The translations under genes were made by a program, and so were the position numbers. Shown one piece after another: positions 13,463 through 25,219 of a stretch of DNA of 64,000 nucleotides. The stretch lies in contig CM059425.1 of the NCBI GenBank assembly GCA_030390025.1, positions 177,508,001 to 177,572,000 on the forward strand, read 5' to 3'. This DNA comes from Squalus acanthias. Its lineage: Eukaryota. Below the pieces are notes generated by a model. That model was not told where the DNA came from. It saw only the letters and a program-made list of their open reading frames with translations, and made no database searches. Every line of letters begins with the position of its first letter. The stretch's first letter is position 1.

Positions 13463-14221
13463 CTGTTAAACACAAGGGTTTAAACAATTTAGATGTACAA
13501 AATTCATAATAGTGTCAAAATAAACAAAAGTCAATACAAAGTGCAGAAAATTTTCAGCTAAAGCACTACAAAGAAAAGTTTTCACCAACACGTAGATCTC
13601 ATTACCAGAACACAATTTCAGTTAAATCAGGATGCGATAATACTTTAAACCTTTGGTTGCATTTCAACATTCAGAATTTCAAGCTAAAAACACAGCAAAT
13701 GTATAGTAAGTAATGTTTTGAAAAGAAAAGCACAATATATCACAGCAGGTTAGTGCACGGTCAACACTATACCAAAAACATCTAAACAAGTTTTTGATAT
13801 CAAGCAAAGCAGTTTGTAAGAGATGTTAAACATTTATTTTGAGCAAGGCAATTAGACACCACCTTCTGGACAGTTAACAAATAGCACTGTCAGACCTCCC
13901 CTATGATTTGCTGCAAATTTCAGCCAGAGGCAAGTGAGTGAAAAGGAGGTTAGGGACCCATTCAATAGAAACATTTATTTGTAATAAAGAGAACACGGAA
14001 GTCCACAAAACATTGGTTTCAAGACAAATTATCTAACCTTGGTATCAGAAATTAAACATGAATTTTTAAATTGCACGCTGAGAAGCTACAGCATAATTAA
14101 ACTTTTATTTGCACGCCACATTGTATAAATGTTATAATACATTGTGATGTGCATTATACTGATAATTTGACAAATGGTGCACGATTGCACATGGCTCATT
14201 GAAAACATATTTGGTAACAAT

Positions 14222-14939
14222 GGCCTGGATTTTCCAGGGCCTATGACTGCATACGCAGTCATTAGTGCCCCACAAGTTCCAGGTTTCCAGTATGCGCGAA
14301 AACCCAGAACTTGACGAGTTTCAGCTTGACAGATCATCTGCATCCCCGGGAAATGGACATTCGCTGGCGGAGAGTTGGGCTATTTGCCCAACTACTGCCT
14401 GTGAAATTCTTACGCCTGGTAAAAGCAGGCGTAGGACCTTCTTTTATCAGCGCAAGAGTTTAAATAAATATTAAAATAATTTTTTAAAATTATTTAAACA
14501 TAAAAAACTTGAAAATTAGTTATGTTATTTTTAGCCCCTTTAAAGCGTTTAAATTTATTTTTCAAAAAATTAAAATTTTGTTTTAAATGTTCAAAATTAA
14601 TTAAAATGCAATTAAATTAAACATGTAATGATTTATTTTTATTTAACTGGTGTGTAATGTGTGGGTTTTTTTTGGAGATTCCCATTAAGCTTTGGGGATT
14701 CTGTACGTAAATGGAATCCCCATAAGCATAATGGGGATCCCCTTTTTCATTGGTTGGCCTGGCCCACGCGATCCCACGGACGCTTGCAAACCGTGTGCGC
14801 CCCTGGGATGCGCATGCGTACGCGTAGAGGCCCAGGAGTGCGAGTCTACGAACCTCCTGGACCATCAGGTAGGTTCGTACTTTGCTTGCAGTTCAGAGGC
14901 ATTCACCTGGAGACAGCCTCCGACCACAAATTCAGGCCC
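14222..14939. mobile_element. Non-autonomous Harbinger-type MITE
   Basis: Termini GGCCTGGATTTTC / AAATTCAGGCCC with an AT-rich core. Confidence 0.55.
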
Positions 14940-15103
14940 ATAGTCAAATACATCAATGTGCAATACATAAATACACGCGATTGTTACGAACAGAGTGTGA
15001 CAATTATGATGGATTATGGAAGGTTTGAGCAATGGACGCATTGCACTTATTACGAATTGGATCAAGACTGCCCCAATATTTTTCAGATGCAATGTTATCC
15101 CAA

Positions 15104-15410
15104 CACGGTGGCACAGTGGTTAGCACTGTTGCCTCACAGCGCCAGGGACCCGGGTTCGAATCCGGCCTTGGATGACTGTCTGTGTGGAGTTTGCACATTC
15201 TCCCCGTGTCTGCGTGGGTTTCCTCCGGGTGCTCCGGTTTCCTCCCACAGTCCAAAGATGTGCGGGTTAGGTTGATTTGGCTATGATAAATTGACCCTTA
15301 GTGTTAGGGGGGATTAAATACGTGGGGTTACGGGGATAGGGTGGGATATGTGTCAGTGCAGGCTCGATGGACCGAAATGGCCTCTATCTGCACTGTGGGG
15401 ATTCTGTGAA
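15104..15410 (+). mobile_element. tRNA-derived V-SINE (HE1-like)
   Basis: A/B boxes (GGTGGCACAGTGG, GGTTCGAATCC) plus V-domain GTGGAGTTTGCACATTCTCCCCGTGTCTGCGTGGGTTTCCTCCGGGTGCTCCGGTTTCCTCCCACAGTCCAAAG. Confidence 0.9.
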
Positions 15411-16482
15411 TATAAAAATCATATGCATGGAGATCAATCTAGTGCTTTACTCACAGCCTTTAGAGATTTAACATATAGCAATATTGAGAAGATCGGCCTT
15501 AACTAAATAATGGTCATTTTGGGCTTTCTCTCCCCTCCAGCTCTGGAGGAAAGAATGTTATGTGCCTAAGAAATCCATGGCATGCAACTATAATCACGTC
15601 CCTTCACTTTGAGACTATTCACAGCATCACCAAGTCATCACAAACACCAGCTCAAAATGTGATTTTTAAAACTGTTCACTTCAACTGGCTGGTATCAAAA
15701 TAAAATGCCAATTATTCGATATTACACGTCCTACATCAAGAGAAACACTACTGACCACAACATACTGGGGAAACAGAGAGTCATCTTAGAACAATCAATT
15801 CTTGCCTCGCAAAGAATGAGATAATCAGGTGTGAAAGTCAATAAGCATTGCTGAATGGTTCATATCTAGAGATGAACCAAATAGCTGGAAATCAAACAAA
15901 ATGCTGGAAGCAGTGAGTCATGTCAACTCAGTACAGTATATGAAAGGGAAGACAGGTTAACAGTTTAATACTTCATTGAAGTGCCCCACCTCAAACAAAT
16001 GCTTCTTGTTCTGATAGAAACTTGACTACCTAATTTCAGGATTTTCTGTAGATTAACATGATCTAACTTTTGTCCAAGAGTATCTTCCAGAATTATGTTC
16101 TATGGAGATCAGAAACTATTTCATTTGATTCAACTTGTACCGATAACACAATAGTTAGAAGCATCATCAGTACACAATATTTAATGCATTTTAAGCAATG
16201 TACAATTTACCCATCCCTCTTGTACAGTAGCTTCTCTTCAGTTCCGTAAAGTACGAACAAGCTCAACATCCCATAGTACTAATCTAACGACAGAGGGGCA
16301 GGTAGCAGTGGGAGAATGTCAGGCATTTATATCATGCCAGTTCCTATCAACCGTCACGAGTACAAAGAATACTGTGTACGAGGAGAAATTGAATGCCAAG
16401 CCCTTGATTGGACTTGTAATCCCAGAGAATGCTACATATGCCATGTCTCAAATTACTCATACCGTATTCAAAAATATCACAC

Positions 16483-19400
16483 CTCCCTCTCTCTCACCCC
16501 CATTACACCTCCCCCCCCGCTCCATCCCTCCCTCCCCCCCCTCTCCTCTCCCCCCTCATCCCCTTACCTCTCCCCCCTCATCCCCTTCTCCTCCCCATCC
16601 ATCCCGCCCCTCCCTCTCCCCCCCCATCCCCCTCTCTCCCCCATCCCCCCTCCCCCTCTCTCCCCCATCCCCCTCTCTCCCCCATCCCCCTCTCCCCCAA
16701 CCCCCCTCCCCTCCCCCATCCCCCTCCTCTCCCCCATCCCCCTCCTCTCCCCCATCCCCCTCCTCCCCCATCCCCCTCCTCCCCCATCCCCCTCCTCCCC
16801 CATCCCCCTCCTCCCCCATCCCCCTCCTCTCCCATCCTCGCCCCCATCCCCCTCCTCTCCCCCAATCCCCCTCCTCTCCCCCAACCCCCTCCTCCCTCCT
16901 CTCCCCCAACCCCCTCCTCTCCCCCAACCCCCCTCCTCTCCCCCAACCCCCTCCTCTCCCCCATCACCCTCCCCCCTCCTCTCCCCTCCATCCCCCTTCC
17001 TCTCCCCCATCCCTCTCCCCATCCCCCTCCTCTCCCCCATCCCCCTCTCCCCTCCTCTCCCCCATCCCCCTCTCCCCTCCTCCATCCCCCTCTCCCCTCC
17101 TCTCCCCATCCCCTCCTCTCCCCCATCCCCTCCTCTCCCCCATCCCCTCCTCTCCCCCATCCCCTCCTCTCCCCCATCCCCCCTCCTCTCCCCCATGCCC
17201 CTCTCCCCTCCTCTCCCCCATCCCCCTCTCCTCTCCCCCATCCCCCTCTCCTCTCCTCCATCCCCCTCTCCCCTCCCCCATCCCCCTCTCCCCTCCCCCA
17301 TCCCCCTCTCCTCTCCTCCATCCCCCTCTCCCCTCCTCCATCCCCCTCTCCCCTCCCCCATCCCCCTCTCCTCTCCCCCATCCCCCCCTCCTCTCCCCCA
17401 TCCCCCCCTCCTCTCCCCCATCCCCCTCCTCTCCCCCATCCCTCTCTCCCCTCCCCTCCTCCCTCTCCCCCATCCCCCTCCTCTCCCCCATCCCTCTCCC
17501 CTCCTCTCCCCATCCCTCTCTCTCCCCTCCTCCCTCCTCTCCCCCATCCCCCTCTCCCCCATCCCCCCTCCTCTCCCCATCCCTCTCCCCCATCCCCCTC
17601 CTCTCCCCCATCCCCCTCCTCTCCCCCCTCCTCATTCCCCTCTCCCCCATCCCTCTCTCCCCATCCCCCCCCATCCCCTCCTCTCCCCCATCCCCCCTCC
17701 TCTCCCCCATCCCCCCCTACTCTCCCCCATCTCACTGCCCCCTACTCTCCCCCATCCCCCCTCCTCCTCTCCTCTCCTCTCCCTCTCCCCATCCCCCTCT
17801 CCCCTCCCCCCTCTCCCCCCCCATCCCCCTCTCCCCCTCTCCCCATCCCTCTCTCCCCTCCTCTCCCCCCCTCCTCATCCCCCTCTCCCCATCCCTCTCT
17901 CCCCTCCTCTCCCTCTCCCCTCCTCTCCCTCTCCCCTCCTCTCCCTCTCCCCTCCTCTCCCTCTCCCCTCCCTCTCCCTCTCTCTCCCCTCCCTCTCCCC
18001 TCCTCTCCCTCTCCCCTCCTCCCCATCTCCCCTCCTCACCCTCTCCCTCTCCCCACCCTCTCCCTCTCCCCTCCTCTCCCCCTCCCCTCCCTCTCCTCTC
18101 CCCTCCCTCTCCCCTCCTCTCCCTCTCCCCTCCTCTCCCTCTCCCCTCCTCTCCCTCTCCCCTCCTCTCCCTCTCCATCCCCCTCCTCTCCCTCTCCCCC
18201 CCTCTCCCTCTCCCCTCCCTCTCCCCATCCCCCTCCCTCTCCCCCATCCCCCTCTCCCCTCCTCTCCACTCCCCTCTCCCCCCCCTCTCCCCATCCCCTC
18301 CCTCTCCTCTCCTCTCCCTCTCCCCATCCCCCTCCTCTCCCTTCCCCCATCCCCCTCCTCTCCCCCATCCCCCTCTCCCTCCTCTCCCCCATCCCCCTCT
18401 CCCCTCCTCTCCCCCATCCCCCTCTCCCCTCCTCATCCCCCATCCCCTCCTCTCCCCCATCCCTCTCTCCCCCATCCCGCTCTCCCCTCCTCTCCCCCAT
18501 CCCCCTCTCCCCTCCTCTCCCCCATCCCCCTCTCCCCATCCCTCTCCCCTCCTCTCCCCCAACCCCTCTCCCCCTCCCCCATCCCCCTCTCCCCTCCTCT
18601 CCCCCATCCCCCTCTCCCCTCCCCCTCTCCCCTCCTCTCCCCATCCCCTCTCTCCCCTCCTCTCCCCATCCCCCTCTCCCCTCCTCTCCCCCATCCCCCT
18701 CTCCCCTCCTCTCCCCTATCCCCCTCCCCTCCTCTCCCCTCCCCCTCCCCTCCCCTCCCCCTCTCCCCCATCCCCCTCTCCCCTCCTCTCCCCCATCCCC
18801 CCCTCTCCCCCATCCCCTCTCCTCTCCCCCATCCCCCTCTCCCCTCCTCTCCCCAATCCCCCTCTCCCCTCCTCTCCCTCTCCCCTCCTCTCCCTCTCCC
18901 CCATCCCCCTCTCCCCTCCTCTCCCCCATCCCCCTCTCCTCTCCCCCATCCCCCTCCCCTCCCCTCCCCCTCTCCCCCATCCCCCTCTCCCCTCCTCTCC
19001 CCCACCCCCCCCTCTCCCCCATCCCCCCCTCTCCCCTCCCCCATCCCCTATCCCTCTCCCCCATCCCCCTCTCCCCCATCCCTCTCTCCCCTATCCCTCT
19101 CCCCCATCCCTCTCTCCCCTATCCCTCTCCCCCATCCCTCTCTCCCCTATCCCTCTCTCCCCTATCCCTCTCCCCCATCCCTCTCTCCCCTATCCCTCTC
19201 CCCCATCCCTCTCTCCCCTATCCCTCTCCCCCATCCCTCTCTCCCCTATCCTCTCCCCCATCCCTCTCTCCCCTATCCCTCTCCCCCATCCCTCTCTCCC
19301 CTATCCCTCTCCCCCATCCCTCTCTCCCCTATCCCTCTCCCCCATCCCTCTCTCCCCTATCCCTCTCCCCCATCCCTCTCTCCCCCATCCCTCTCTCCCC

Positions 19401-20410
19401 TATCCCTCTCCCCCATCCCTCTCTCCCCTATCCCTCTCCCCCATCCCTCTCTCCCCTATCCCTCTCCCCCATCCCTCTCTCCCCCATCCCTCTCTCCCCC
19501 ATCCCTCTCTCCCCCATCCCTCTCTCCCCCATCCCTCTCTCCCCTATCCCTCTCCCCCATCCCTCTCTCCCCTATCCCTCTCCCCCATCCCTCTCTCCCC
19601 TATCCCTCTCTCCCCTCCTCTCCCCATCCCTCTCTCCCCTCCTCTCCCCCATCCCTCTCTCCCCTCCTCTCCCCCATCCCTCTCTCCCTTCCTCTCCCCC
19701 ATCCCTCTCTCCCCCTCCTCTCCCCCTCCCCTCTCTCCCCTCCCCTCCCCCATCCCCTCTCTCCCCTCCCCATCCCCCCTCTCCCCTCCTCTCCCCCCTC
19801 CTCTCCCCCATCCCCCTCCTCTCCCCCATCCCCCTCCTCTCCCCCATCCCCCTCCTCTCCCCCCTCCTCTCCCCCCTCCTCTCCCCCATCCCCCTCCTCT
19901 CCCCCATCCCCCTCCTCTCCCCCCTCCTCTCCCCCATCCCCCTCCTCTCCCCCCTCCTCTCCCCCATCCCCCTCCTCTCCCCCCTCCTCTCCCCCATCCC
20001 TCTCCTCTCCCCCCTCCTCTCCTCTCCCCCCTCCTCTCCCCCATCCCCCTCCTCTCCCCCCTCCTCTCCCCCATCCCCCTCCTCTCCCCCATCCCCCTCC
20101 CCCATCCATATCCCCCTCCCCCATCCATATCCCCCTCCCCCATCCATATCCCCCTCCTCTCCCCCTCCCCCCTCCTCTCCCCCATCCATATCCCCCTCCC
20201 CTCCTCCCTCCTCTCTCCTCTCCCCCATCCCCCTCCTCTCCCCCTCCTCTCTCCTCTCCCCATCCCCCTCCTCTCCCCTCTCCCCCATCCCCCTCTCTCC
20301 CCATCCTCTCCTCTCTCCCTCCCCTCCCCCTCCTCTCCTCTCTCCCCCCCTCCCATCTCCCTCTTTTTCCTCCCCTCCCCCTCTTTCTATCCGTTCCCTC
20401 TATCTCCCCG
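16483..20410. repeat. ~3.9 kb polypyrimidine/polypurine low-complexity minisatellite in TMED7 intron 1
   Basis: Built from CCCCATCCCCCTC(C)TCT-type units, with a more regular 28-nt sub-array at ~19070-19610; only a handful of G on the + strand. Confidence 0.95.
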
Positions 20411-20800
20411 CCGGGCCTCACCTGGAACTCGAGCGTGCACTTGGTGCCCTGCACGATGTCCTCGTAGAAACACTGCTTGGCGTTGTCGGGTAACTCGAAA
20501 GTGAGCTCGGAGCCGCGGACCAGCGGCAAGAGGAGTTGGGCCCACAGCAGCTGCAGCAACAGCCTGGCCCACATACCGGCTCGGGCTGGGCTTTCCTGTG
20601 CGCACGGAACTCGGGAACCGGGAGCGCGGGACGGAGTTTCTCTGGAAATAGATTTGAATTTTAACCGGCCGTTGCGGCTCGAGGCACTCCAACTCCCGGA
20701 TGTTAAGGGCACAGGAACCAGACGTGGCAGCGCGGCTCTACCCGGATGTGCGACCTCTCACCTCTCGCCCAAAAGAAACGCCGCACCTGCGCAGTTCTGC
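20410..20800 (-). promoter_or_regulatory. CpG-rich island covering the TMED7 5' end and promoter
   Basis: High CpG density around exon 1 compared with CpG-poor flanks. Confidence 0.7.
20422..20574 (-). CDS. TMED7: TMED7 coding exon 1 (signal peptide and start of GOLD domain)
   Basis: [51 protein letters not shown] then donor CAG|GTGAGG; joins exons 2 and 3 in frame to give 211 aa. Confidence 0.96.
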
Positions 20801-20957
20801 TGGATACTCAGCAGGCAACAGACCAAGGAGGGGCAGGGTGGAAATAGAGCGACTAGTAGTGACACCGCTCTGATCTAAAATAAAAGGTTAATTTTGAATG
20901 TTTGGCACTTGGAAAAATAAACATAGCTCAGTATGTTTAAGAGGATTTGAAATAAAG

Positions 20958-21570
20958 AAAAGAAAGAACTTGCATTTATATAGCACCTGTCAGGACATCC
21001 CAAAGTGCTTTACAGCCAATGAAATATTTTTGAAGTGTTGTAGTGTAGCAAATATCAGCAACCAATTTGCACACAGCAAGGTCCTACAAACAATCATGTG
21101 ATAATGACCCGATCATTTGTTTTAGTGATGTTGGTTGAGGGATAGATATTGGACAGGACACCAGGGAGAACTCCCCTGCTGTTCTTCAAAGTAGTGAGGT
21201 CGCACAACACCAGGTTATAGTCCAACAGTTTTATTTGAAATCACAAGCTTTCGGAGCTATCGATTTGCTCCTTCCTCAGGTGAATCAAATCGATAGCTCC
21301 GAAAGCTTGTGATTTCAAATAAAACTGTTGGACTATAACCTGGTGTTGTGCGACCTCTCAATTTTGTCCACCCCAGTCCAACACCGGCATCTCCGCTTCA
21401 AAGTAGTGCCATGGGATCTTTTACATCTACCTCATAGGGCCAACAGGGCCTCAGTTTAACATCTCAGCGAGACAGCATCTCCCAACAGTGCTACCCTAGA
21501 TTTTGTGCTCAAGTCTCAAGTGGGATTTGAACTCAACCATCTCGAGCTCACAGGTGAGAGTGCTACCAAA
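20958..21570 (-). mobile_element. Deu-domain SINE (SacSINE1/AmnSINE-like), interrupted by a Penelope pLTR insertion
   Basis: Reverse complement shows GTAAAAGATCCCATGGCACTA..GAAGAA.AGCAGGGGAGTTCTCCC and an L2-type tail GCTATATAAATGCAAGTTCTTTC. Confidence 0.8.
21197..21395. mobile_element. Penelope-like inverted pLTR insertion
   Basis: Palindromic pLTR arms with a hammerhead-like core; 13-bp direct repeat CTTCAAAGTAGTG at 21184-21196 and 21396-21408. Confidence 0.8.
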
Positions 21571-22567
21571 GGACCCCAGCTAATCACAATATATATTAAT
21601 GATCTAGACGAGGGAATTGGATGTAATATCTCCAAGTTTACAGACGACACAAAGCTGGGTGGGAGTGTGTGCCGTGAGGAGGATGCCAAGAAACTCCAGT
21701 ATGATTTGGACAGGTTGGGAGATTGGGCAGAAGCATGGCAGATGCAATATACTGTGGATAAATGCGAGGTTATCCACTTTGGTGTCAAAAACAGGAAGAC
21801 AGATTATTATCTGAACGGCAATAGATTGGGAGAAGGGGAAGTGCAACGAGACCTGGGTGTCCTTGTGCACCAGTCGCTGAAGGTAAGCATGCAGGTGCAG
21901 CAGGCGGTTAAGAAGGCAAATGGTATGTTGGCCTTCGTAGCGAGAGGGTTCGAGTACAGGAACAAGGATGTCTTGCTGCAGTTGTACAGAGCCTTGGTGA
22001 GACCACACCTTGAGTATTGTGTGCAGTTTTGGTCGCCTTATCTGAGGAAGGATGTTCTTGCCATGGAGGGAGTGCAGCGAGATTCACCAGACTGATACCT
22101 GGGATGGCAGGAATGACGTATGAGGAGAGATTGGGTCGATTGGGCTTATACTCGCTGGAGTTTAGAAGAATGAGAGGGGATCTCATTGAAACTTATAAAA
22201 TTCTAACAGGACTAGACAGACTAGATGCAGGAAGGATGTTCCCGATGGCCGGGGAGTCCAGAACCAGGGGTCACAGTCTAAGGATAAGGGGTAAGCCATT
22301 TAGGACAGAGATGAGGAGTAATTTCTTCACCCAAAGAGTGGTGAACCTGTGGAATTCTCTACCACAGAAGGCAGTTGAGGCCAACTCATTAAATATATTC
22401 AAGAAGGAGTTAGATATATTTCTTAAGGCTAAGGGGATCAAGGGATATGGGGAGAAGGCAGGGACAGGGTACTGAATTTGGATGATCAGCCATGACCGCA
22501 TTGAATGGTGGAGCAGGCTCGAGGGGCCGAATGGCCCTCTCCTGCTCCTATCTTCTATGATTCTATG
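21570..22567 (+). mobile_element. Young 5'-truncated CR1 LINE
   Basis: IYINDLDEG...KFTDDTK through NFFTQRVVNLWNSLP (one frameshift near 22080) and a TTCTATGA tail. Confidence 0.92.
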
Positions 22568-23172
22568 ACTAGAATACAAGGGGGTAGAAGTTATGTTACA
22601 GCTATGCAAAGCTCTAGTTAGACCACACCTGGAATACTGTGTTCAGTTCTGGGCACCACACCTTAGGAAGGATATATTGGCCTTGGAGGGAGTGCAGCAT
22701 AGATTTACTAGAATGATACCTGGACTCCAAGGGTTAAATTACGAGGAGAGATTACACAAACTAGGGTTGTATTCCCTGGAATTTAGAAGGTTAAGGAGTG
22801 ATTTAATCAAAGTTTTCAAGATATTAAGGGGAACTGATAGGGTAGATAGAGAAATTATTTCCGCTGCTTGGGGGAACTAGGACTAGGGGACATAGCCTAA
22901 AAGTTAGAGCCAGGCCTTTCAGGAGTGAAGTTAGGAAACACTTCTACACACAAAGGGTGATAGAAGTTTGGAACTCTCTTCCGCAAACGGCAGTTGATGC
23001 TAGATCAATTGTTGATTTTAAATCTGAGATTGATAGATTTTTGTTAACCAAAGGTATTAAGGGACATGAAGCAAAGGCGGGTATGTGGAATTAGGCCACA
23101 GCTCAGCCACAATCTCATTGAATGGCGGAACAGGCTTGAGGGGCAAAATGGCCTACTGTTCCTATGTTCCTA
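22568..23172 (+). mobile_element. CR1 LINE 3' fragment (different subfamily)
   Basis: LCKALVRPHLEYCVQFWAP...LYSLEFRRLRSDLI; tail GTTCCTATGTTCCTAT. Confidence 0.88.
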
Positions 23173-24770
23173 TCAGAGGGTTAACATCCCTCCAGGATTG
23201 TCCTGGAGTATCCGAGAATTAAAGATTAATCTCCTGGACACTGCTGCGAGCAACACTGGAGAAATGTCATAGAGGCATTAAAAAAATTATCTTTTTTAAT
23301 TTTCTTTGATTATTCATAAAAATATTGGAGATGGGGGAAAAAAGGCTATGAGTGGTACTCATTTTGGTGTAAAAATCTGACCTATTTTTATCTGTTGCAT
23401 TTTTTAAAATTTCATGGAGGCTTGTCCACCCCAAGATGTATGTGATAGTCAATGTGGTACTGATCTTTAAAAAGCAGGAAAGGTGCCTGGTTGGATTGCT
23501 GCCTTAAGATGAGTTAGCTGATCTCAGCCAGAACAGCAGTAGGGGCACTACAATAGGCCTCATTACCTGGATTAGGGAGAGGAAAATCAACTAAGGTTCC
23601 TGCTTCTGACTGAAAATCAGTGATTCCTGAAAAGAGCATGTGCGTGGGCATTTAATAAGAACACTATTGAGTAGGCTGTGATGGTCCCTACTGCTGAATA
23701 CCTTATCAACACTGATTGTCTAGGCACAGACACAAAGAACAGGCACTAGTGTCGGGGCCTTTTGGTGCCTATGGAACTGTGTCATGAGTCACTTTCAGGA
23801 AAGAAAAAAGGAGAGAATTAGGAAAAAGGTCATATGTTAAGATTGCAATTCTAAAATCTGTGAAACAAAATTAGATTTTTAAAAAGACACTTAGTTTAAT
23901 GATTAACAAGCAGAGTAAAACTGTTTTGGACGGGTGAGTTCGTTCTAATCTGCAGCCTGCATACTTCTCAATCTCTTAATGGTTGAATATGAAGCACAGG
24001 AGCAAAATGTGTATCAACTGTCCGGAAATAGGTGGCCTGTCTATATGGTGTTTTCTGCGTATCATAGACATCAGGAGCATACAATGAGCTATCTGTGCTA
24101 TATTCTGTGTAAAATAGCTCTAAGAGGTTAGATTGTAATCCCGGAGGCACGCTACACCCCATTCACTACACAGAGATTAAGTTTCAGTTCACAAGTGGTG
24201 TTTATGAAAGTTGCCTGTTGCAGTGAGCTTGAGTAACAAGTCTTGGGAGACAGCCCAAATTGTAACATTCTGAAATTTGACTCAACTTCCATAAGACTGC
24301 GTTGTACAATGATAAACCCACCTTGAGGGAGCTTTTACATTCCTTATTCAGAATTTTATTGGGTTCGTCATTATACAAAGCACTGTTATGGAAATTGAGT
24401 CAAATTCCAGAGGAGTTGGACCTCAAGGCAACTTGATTTCAGTACTTGCTGATGTTCAATTAAATTACTGAAGTCTTTGGCTTTTATTGAAATAATTTTA
24501 GAAGCTGAACAGGGACCTCACAGAAAGGAAAGAAAACAAAATAAATGCTTGCAGTTTAACACCCGGGCATATGCACTGATGAATCTCCACGTGGAGCAGA
24601 AATAGGTGGATAGAAGCAAATCTCATGAGACAAAAGAAAGGATTGACATTTTGGGAGAATACTAATTGTCAAAATGTCAATTCTTGGCTGAAAGAAGGGC
24701 AGGAATGGCAGCTCAGCATTCCTGGTTACAGGGTTTTCAGACGAGATAGAGAGGGAGATAAAAAAGGAGT

Positions 24771-25215
24771 GGGCGGCACGGTGGCATAGTGGTTAGCACT
24801 GGTGCCTCACAGCGCCAGGGACCCGGGATCGAATCCGGCCTCGGGTGACTGTCTGTGTGGAGTTTGCACATTCTCCCCGTGTCTGCGTGGGTTTCCTCCG
24901 GGTGCTCCGGTTTCCTCCCACAGTCCAAAAATGTGCGGGTTAGGTTGATTTGGCTATGATAAATTGACCCTTAGTGTTAGGGGGGGATTAAATATGTGGG
25001 GTTACAGGGATAGGATGGGATATGTTAGGGGGAATTAAATATGTGGGGTTACGGGGATAGGGTGGGATATGTGTCAGTGCAGGCTCGATGGGGATTCTGT
25101 GTGGGAAAGCAGGGACAGGGTACTGGATTTGGATGATCAGCCATGATCGTATTGAATGGTGGAGCAGGCTCGATGGGCCGAATGGCCTACTCCTGCTCCT
25201 AGTTTCTATGTTTCT
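24771..25215 (+). mobile_element. V-SINE (HE1-like) carrying a CR1-derived 3' tail
   Basis: tRNA head plus V-domain, a short internal duplication, then AAAGCAGGGACAGGGTACTGGATTTGGATGATCAGCCATG...CTATGTTTCT matching the young CR1 3' end. Confidence 0.85.
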
Positions 25216-25219
25216 CTAT

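Noticed and set aside
15104..15175. tRNA-like sequences with A/B boxes (also ~24775 and ~54700)
   Set aside because: They are SINE heads continuing into the V-domain, not tRNA genes.
16308..20504. Three ~1350-1400-aa Pro/Ser/Leu ORFs on + and many Gly/Arg/Glu ORFs on -
   Set aside because: Artefacts of a tract that cannot form stop codons on the + strand; open in all frames and inside TMED7 intron 1.
20575..20712. N-terminal extension of TMED7 in the ORF track
   Set aside because: Starts at a GTG; the ATG at 20574 is directly followed by a signal peptide and gives a normal-length p24 protein.
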